DNA of 9,540 nucleotides from a virus (Duplodnaviria; Heunggongvirae; Uroviricota; Caudoviricetes): IMG/VR virus record IMGVR_UViG_2534681979_000013; one strand, 5' to 3'. Shown piece by piece: positions 5,057 to 9,540 of this stretch (position 1 is its first letter; each line of letters starts with the position of its first letter). The notes under the pieces were generated by a model. It saw only the letters and a program-made list of their open reading frames with translations, ran no database searches and was not told where the DNA came from. The position numbers and the translations under genes were made by a program.

Positions 5057-7200
5057 TGAAAAATGAAATTAACACCACAGCGATGAAAAACGATCATGGA
5101 TCCACGCCGCGTTTTTCTCAGCGTCAGTTACTGTCTCTCTGTTCTGATATTGACAGTCAGCCTCTCTGGCGTGATGCCGCAAACAAGGCCTGTGCGTATT
5201 ATGATGGCGACCAGCTGGCACCGGAAGTTATCCAGGTACTGAAAGATCGCGGTCAGCCCATGACCATCCATAACCTCATTGCCCCCACGGTAGATGGTGT
5301 ACTGGGAATGGAGGCAAAAACAAGAACGGACCTGATAGTGATGTCAGACGATCCGAACGATGAAACAGAGAAACTGGCAGAGGCCATTAATGCGGAGTTT
5401 GCTGATGCGTGCCGTCTTGGCAACATGAATAAGGCCCGCTCCGATGCCTATGCGGAACAAATCAAGGCGGGCCTCAGTTGGGTGGAGGTCAGACGAAACA
5501 GTGATCCGTTCGGGCCTGAATTTAAGGTGTCTACTGTCAGCCGGAATGAGGTTTTCTGGGACTGGCTGAGCCGGGAGGCTGATTTAAGTGACTGCCGCTG
5601 GCTGATGCGTCGCCGCTGGATGGATACCGATGAGGCAAAAGCTACATTCCCGGGAATGGCTCAGGTTATCGATTATGCCATTGATGACTGGCGTGGTTTT
5701 GTCGATACCACGGTTACTGAAGGCCAGCCCAGTCCGTTGATGAGTGCATGGGAAGAGTATCAGTCATGGGATCGAAAGCAGAACGAATGGCTTCAGCGTG
5801 AACGCCGTCGTGTGCTGCTTCAGGTGGTTTATTACCGTACATTCGAGCGTCTTCCGGTGATTGAACTCAGTAATGGACGGGTGGTGGCCTTTGATAAAAA
5901 TAATCTGATGCAGGCGGTAGCTGTGGCATCCGGGCGGGTGCAGGTGAAAGTCGGGCGGGTAAGCCGTATTCGTGAAGCCTGGTTTGTCGGACCGCACTTT
6001 ATTGTGGATCGCCCCTGCAGTGCGCCGCAGGGGATGTTCCCGCTGGTTCCCTTCTGGGGATACCGAAAGGATAAAACCGGGGAGCCATACGGGCTAATTT
6101 CCCGCGCCATTCCGGCACAGGATGAGGTGAATTTTCGTCGTATAAAACTGACCTGGTTGCTTCAGGCCAAACGCGTGATTATGGACGAGGATGCCACCCA
6201 GTTGTCAGACAACGACCTGATGGAGCAGATCGAACGTCCGGATGGCATTATTAAACTGAATCCGGCCCGAAAAAATCAGAAAAGCGTCGCAGATGTTTTC
6301 CGGGTTGAACAGGATTTTCAGGTTGCCAGCCAGCAGTTTCAGGTCATGCAGGAATCGGAAAAACTTATCCAGGACACCATGGGAGTGTATTCCGCATTTC
6401 TCGGGCAGGATTCAAATGCAACGTCAGGCGTGGCGATCAGCAACCTGGTGGAGCAGGGAGCCACAACCCTTGCCGAAATCAACGATAACTACCAGTTTGC
6501 CTGCCAGCAGGTGGGAAGACTGTTGCTCGCTTATCTTCTCGATGACCTGAAAAAACGCCGTAATCATGCAGTGGTGATTAATCGCGATGATCGCCAGCGT
6601 CGCCAGACCATTGTCCTCAATGCTGAAGGTGATAATGGTGAACTGACCAATGATATTTCAAGGTTAAATACACATATTGCGCTGGCTCCTGTTCAGCAGA
6701 CACCGGCGTTTAAGGCACAGCTTGCACAGCGAATGTCAGAGGTTATTCAGGGGCTGCCACCTCAGGTGCAGGCCGTCGTGCTCGACCTGTGGGTTAACCT
6801 TCTGGATGTGCCGCAGAAACAGGAATTTGTCGAACGTATTCGTGCGGCGCTGGGGACACCAAAATCACCGGATGAGATGACCCCGGAAGAGCAGCAGGCC
6901 GCTCAGCAGCAACAGGCCCAGGAGCAGCAACAACAGGAACTGCAGATGCGCGAAATGGCAGGCCGGGTGGCTAAACTGGAAGCAGAAGCTGCCAGGGCAC
7001 AGGCAGCTGCGCAACGGGATAATGCTGGCGCACAACGGGATGTCGCCGCGGCACAGGGACAGCGTTATGTGGATGCGCTCAACCAGGCGCATACGGCAGA
7101 AATCATTACCGGCATACAGAATATGGAACAGGAGCAGGAAGTTCTTCAGCAACAGATGCTGCATACACTACAACAGCGGATGCATGAAATGCCGCTCTGA
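5056..7200 (+). CDS. Portal protein (714 aa)
   Basis: Large ORF immediately after terL; its ATG overlaps the terL stop (TGATG). The size, position in a P22-type head module and a long Gln/Ala-rich alpha-helical C-terminal tail (comparable to the P22 portal barrel) support the call. Confidence 0.75.
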   Translation: MKNEINTTAMKNDHGSTPRFSQRQLLSLCSDIDSQPLWRDAANKACAYYDGDQLAPEVIQVLKDRGQPMTIHNLIAPTVDGVLGMEAKTRTDLIVMSDDPNDETEKLAEAINAEFADACRLGNMNKARSDAYAEQIKAGLSWVEVRRNSDPFGPEFKVSTVSRNEVFWDWLSREADLSDCRWLMRRRWMDTDEAKATFPGMAQVIDYAIDDWRGFVDTTVTEGQPSPLMSAWEEYQSWDRKQNEWLQRERRRVLLQVVYYRTFERLPVIELSNGRVVAFDKNNLMQAVAVASGRVQVKVGRVSRIREAWFVGPHFIVDRPCSAPQGMFPLVPFWGYRKDKTGEPYGLISRAIPAQDEVNFRRIKLTWLLQAKRVIMDEDATQLSDNDLMEQIERPDGIIKLNPARKNQKSVADVFRVEQDFQVASQQFQVMQESEKLIQDTMGVYSAFLGQDSNATSGVAISNLVEQGATTLAEINDNYQFACQQVGRLLLAYLLDDLKKRRNHAVVINRDDRQRRQTIVLNAEGDNGELTNDISRLNTHIALAPVQQTPAFKAQLAQRMSEVIQGLPPQVQAVVLDLWVNLLDVPQKQEFVERIRAALGTPKSPDEMTPEEQQAAQQQQAQEQQQQELQMREMAGRVAKLEAEAARAQAAAQRDNAGAQRDVAAAQGQRYVDALNQAHTAEIITGIQNMEQEQEVLQQQMLHTLQQRMHEMPL

Positions 7201-7218
7201 AAATCCTGAACTTAACGG

Positions 7219-7246
7219 AACCCCGTCATCGTACGGGGTTTTTTGT
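7219..7246 (+). terminator. Rho-independent terminator after the portal gene
   Basis: AACCCCGT-CATCGT-ACGGGGTT forms a perfect 8-bp stem with a 6-nt loop, followed by TTTTTTGTTT, 19 nt after the portal stop. Confidence 0.6.
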
Positions 7247-7357
7247 TTCCGGAGATAAGCGTTCCGGGAGCGGTGCGCTTATTCGCGGGGGCAGCGATAA
7301 GCCTTATTTACTCAACCATTCGGATCTGTCCGATAAACAGACCATGCGGAGTTATTT

Positions 7358-8365
7358 ATGGATTTTGAATTTACGGGTGAAGAAACCCCGGAACAACTGG
7401 AAAAAATGCTGGAAGGACTTGGGGATGTGGATATTGACAGTCACGAACAGGACGGCGTGACAGAAGACACCACAGAAAAACATGCGGATGAGGAAGCACA
7501 GACACAGACGGGCGATAACAATGCGGCACCGACGCCGGATGCCAGTGCGGAGCAGACGCAGGACGTGAAGGAGCCGGAAGCGAAGGGGGTGCTCACCCGC
7601 GACGGTAAACACGTCATTCCCTATGAAGTCCTTGAGGCTGAACGTTCCGGTAAGCAACGGGCCGAACAGGAAGCCGCACTTCTTCGGGGACAGATAGCCG
7701 AAGAAAAACGCAGGGTGGAACTGCTGACGTCTCAGATCCACCAGGCCGGTATGAAACCCACACCGTTACCGGAAAACGAAAAAATCTCTGATGAGAAGAT
7801 TGCCCGTATCAGGGAGATGTATCCGGAAATTGGTGACGCGGTGGCTTCGCTCATCCGTAAAAATAACTATCTCCAGTCCCGTGTTCAGCAATCAGCACAG
7901 CAGGCAGAAGGTAATGGTGGTGAGGATTTATCACCGGTTCTTGATGCGATGAATGCCGTGCCGGTGCTGAAAACGTGGCAGAACTCCGATCCGGATCGCT
8001 TCTCGGTTGCCGTATCCATCGACGGGAAGCTCCAGAATGACCCCGCATGGAAAGACAAACCGCTCACTGAACGTTTCGCCGAAGTGGCCCGCCGTACGCA
8101 GCTTGCTTTCGGTGAAGCCAGTGAGCCGCCTTCTGATGACAAGGCAGACAACACGGATATCCGGAAAACTGCGGAAGAAAAAGTGAAAGCCGCTGAACGG
8201 GAGATGGCAGTGCCTGCTTCCCCGTCAGAGCTTGGCAACACGGCTTCCGTCGGAACCGGTGATAATTTTGAACGGTTACTTGGTGCTTCCCATACCGAAA
8301 TTGAAGCAGCCATGCGAGGCATGACGGACGCTGAAATTGACGCGATTCTGGAAAAACTCGGGTAA
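7358..8365 (+). CDS. Scaffolding protein (335 aa, acidic, coiled-coil)
   Basis: Located between portal and coat. Highly acidic N-terminus (MDFEFTGEETPEQLEKMLEGLGDVDIDSHEQDG...), Glu/Lys/Ala-rich helical segments and low complexity. SD GGAG lies upstream of the ATG. Confidence 0.7.
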   Translation: MDFEFTGEETPEQLEKMLEGLGDVDIDSHEQDGVTEDTTEKHADEEAQTQTGDNNAAPTPDASAEQTQDVKEPEAKGVLTRDGKHVIPYEVLEAERSGKQRAEQEAALLRGQIAEEKRRVELLTSQIHQAGMKPTPLPENEKISDEKIARIREMYPEIGDAVASLIRKNNYLQSRVQQSAQQAEGNGGEDLSPVLDAMNAVPVLKTWQNSDPDRFSVAVSIDGKLQNDPAWKDKPLTERFAEVARRTQLAFGEASEPPSDDKADNTDIRKTAEEKVKAAEREMAVPASPSELGNTASVGTGDNFERLLGASHTEIEAAMRGMTDAEIDAILEKLG

Positions 8366-8387
8366 CCACTGAAGGAGTACTGACGTA

Positions 8388-9540
8388 ATGACCACAGTAA
8401 CAACAGCCCAGGCGAATAAGCTGTATCAGGTGGCGCTTTTCACGGCTGCCAACCGCAACCGCTCAATGGTGAATATACTCACTGAACAGCAGGATGCACC
8501 AAAAGCAGTTTCGCCTGACAAGAAAAGCACGAAGCAGACCAGTGCCGGTGCACCGGTTGTGCGAATCACGGACCTCAACAAACAGGCCGGTGATGAAGTG
8601 ACGTTCAGCATCATGCACAAACTCTCTAAACGTCCGACGATGGGGGATGAGCGCGTTGAAGGCCGTGGTGAAGACCTCAGCCATGCTGATTTTTCCCTGA
8701 AAATTAATCAGGGCCGTCACCTGGTGGATGCGGGCGGACGTATGAGCCAGCAGCGTACGAAGTTCAACCTGGCATCCTCTGCCAGAACGCTGCTGGGTAC
8801 GTACTTTAACGACCTGCAGGACCAGTGTGCGATAGTGCATCTTGCCGGTGCCCGCGGTGATTTTGTTGCTGATGACACCATTCTGCCAACGGCAGATCAC
8901 CCTGAATTCAAAAAATCATGATCAACGACGTACTGCCGCCGACGCATGATCGTCATTTTTTCGGTGGGGATGCGACGAGTTTTGAAGGTATTGACCAGTC
9001 TGACCTGTTCACCCTTGCGCTGGTCGATAATCTCTCGTTGTTTATTGACGAGATGGCTCATCCGTTACAACCGGTACGCCTGTCCGGTGATGAGCTGTAT
9101 GGCGAAGATCCGTATTACGTCCTCTACGTCACGCCGCGTCAGTGGAATGACTGGTACACCTCCACGTCCGGCAAGGACTGGAACCAGATGATGACGCGTG
9201 CCGTAAACCGCTCAAAAGGGTTTAACCATCCGCTGTTCAAAGGCGAATGTGCGATGTGGCGCAATATTCTGGTCCGTAAGTATGCGGGGATGCCGATCCG
9301 TTTCTATAAGGACTCAAAGGTCCTTGTATCGAAAAACGATATGGCAGCAACCACAGAGGAGAAGCAGGCCAAGACCAACATCGACCGTGCCATGCTGCTG
9401 GGGGCTCAGGCGCTGGCGAATGCGTACGGCCAGAAGGGCGGCGGCCACTTCAACATGGTTGAGAAGAAAACGGATATGGATAACCGTACTGAGATAGCAA
9501 TCAGCTGGATCAACGGTACTGTAAAAACTCCGGGGGGGGG
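8388..9540 (+). pseudogene. Major capsid (coat) protein, 3' end outside the window; frame broken by an apparent 1-nt deletion in the A6 run at 8910-8915; may be a sequencing error
   Basis: ORF 8388..8921 (177 aa) ends ...TADHPEFKKS*. A different frame is open from 8906 through the window end and was translated by hand as IMINDVLPPTHDRHFFGGDATSFEGIDQ...GQKGGGHFNMVEKKTDMDNRTEIAISWINGTVKTPGG. One extra A in TTCAAAAAATC joins the two (...PEFKKIMINDVLPP...). SD GAAGGAG lies upstream of ATG 8388. Position after scaffold fits a coat gene. Confidence 0.7.

Noticed and set aside
5764-7164. Minus-strand ORFs 5764..5997, 5832..6110 and 6865..7164, and + strand ORFs 6293..6550, 6677..6880 and 7022..7258
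   Set aside because: All lie within or overlap the 714-aa portal ORF in other frames or antisense. The products are Arg/Cys-rich or Leu-repeat artefacts (for example LLLLLLGLLLL from antisense of the CAG repeats).
7352-8403. Minus-strand ORFs 7352..7741, 7851..8048, 7885..8403 and 8064..8369
   Set aside because: Antisense shadows of the scaffold gene, with no start context.
8426-9497. ORFs 8426..8620 (-), 8463..8900 (-), 8946..9191 (+) and 9249..9497 (+)
   Set aside because: The minus-strand ORFs are antisense to coat. The two + strand ORFs are out of frame with the open coat frame, which runs uninterrupted from 8906 to the window end, and give Arg/Ser-rich nonsense-like products.
1-9540. 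Search for tRNA, rRNA, CRISPR arrays, integrase/att sites and IS elements
   Set aside because: No cloverleaf-like tRNA candidates, no spaced direct-repeat arrays, no recombinase-like ORFs and no terminal inverted repeats were found by eye. The window is entirely phage late-gene content.

Overview
This window is the late region (lysis plus head morphogenesis) of a lambdoid enterobacterial prophage, with every supported gene on the + strand. The order is: holin S (3' end only), SAR endolysin R, a 334-nt non-coding insertion with a small ORF, nested Rz/Rz1 spanins, a Rha-family regulator, small terminase, large terminase, portal, scaffold, and the 5' part of the major capsid gene. The lysis genes are of the phage-21 / Stx-phage type and the head genes follow the P22 order (terS-terL-portal-scaffold-coat). 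Three genes (R, terL, coat) are each broken by an apparent single-base loss, two of them in short A runs, and there are unusual T8G11 and terminal G9 tracts. From sequence alone I cannot tell a decaying cryptic prophage from homopolymer sequencing error. I found no tRNA, rRNA, CRISPR array, integrase, toxin or recognisable defence genes, and no convincing novel multi-gene system. The most interesting items are a GATC-phased 12-bp repeat array inside terS (candidate pac site), the T8G11 tract at the terS/terL junction, and the atypical R-Rz insertion. All family assignments rest on motif recognition and recollection; no database search was run.
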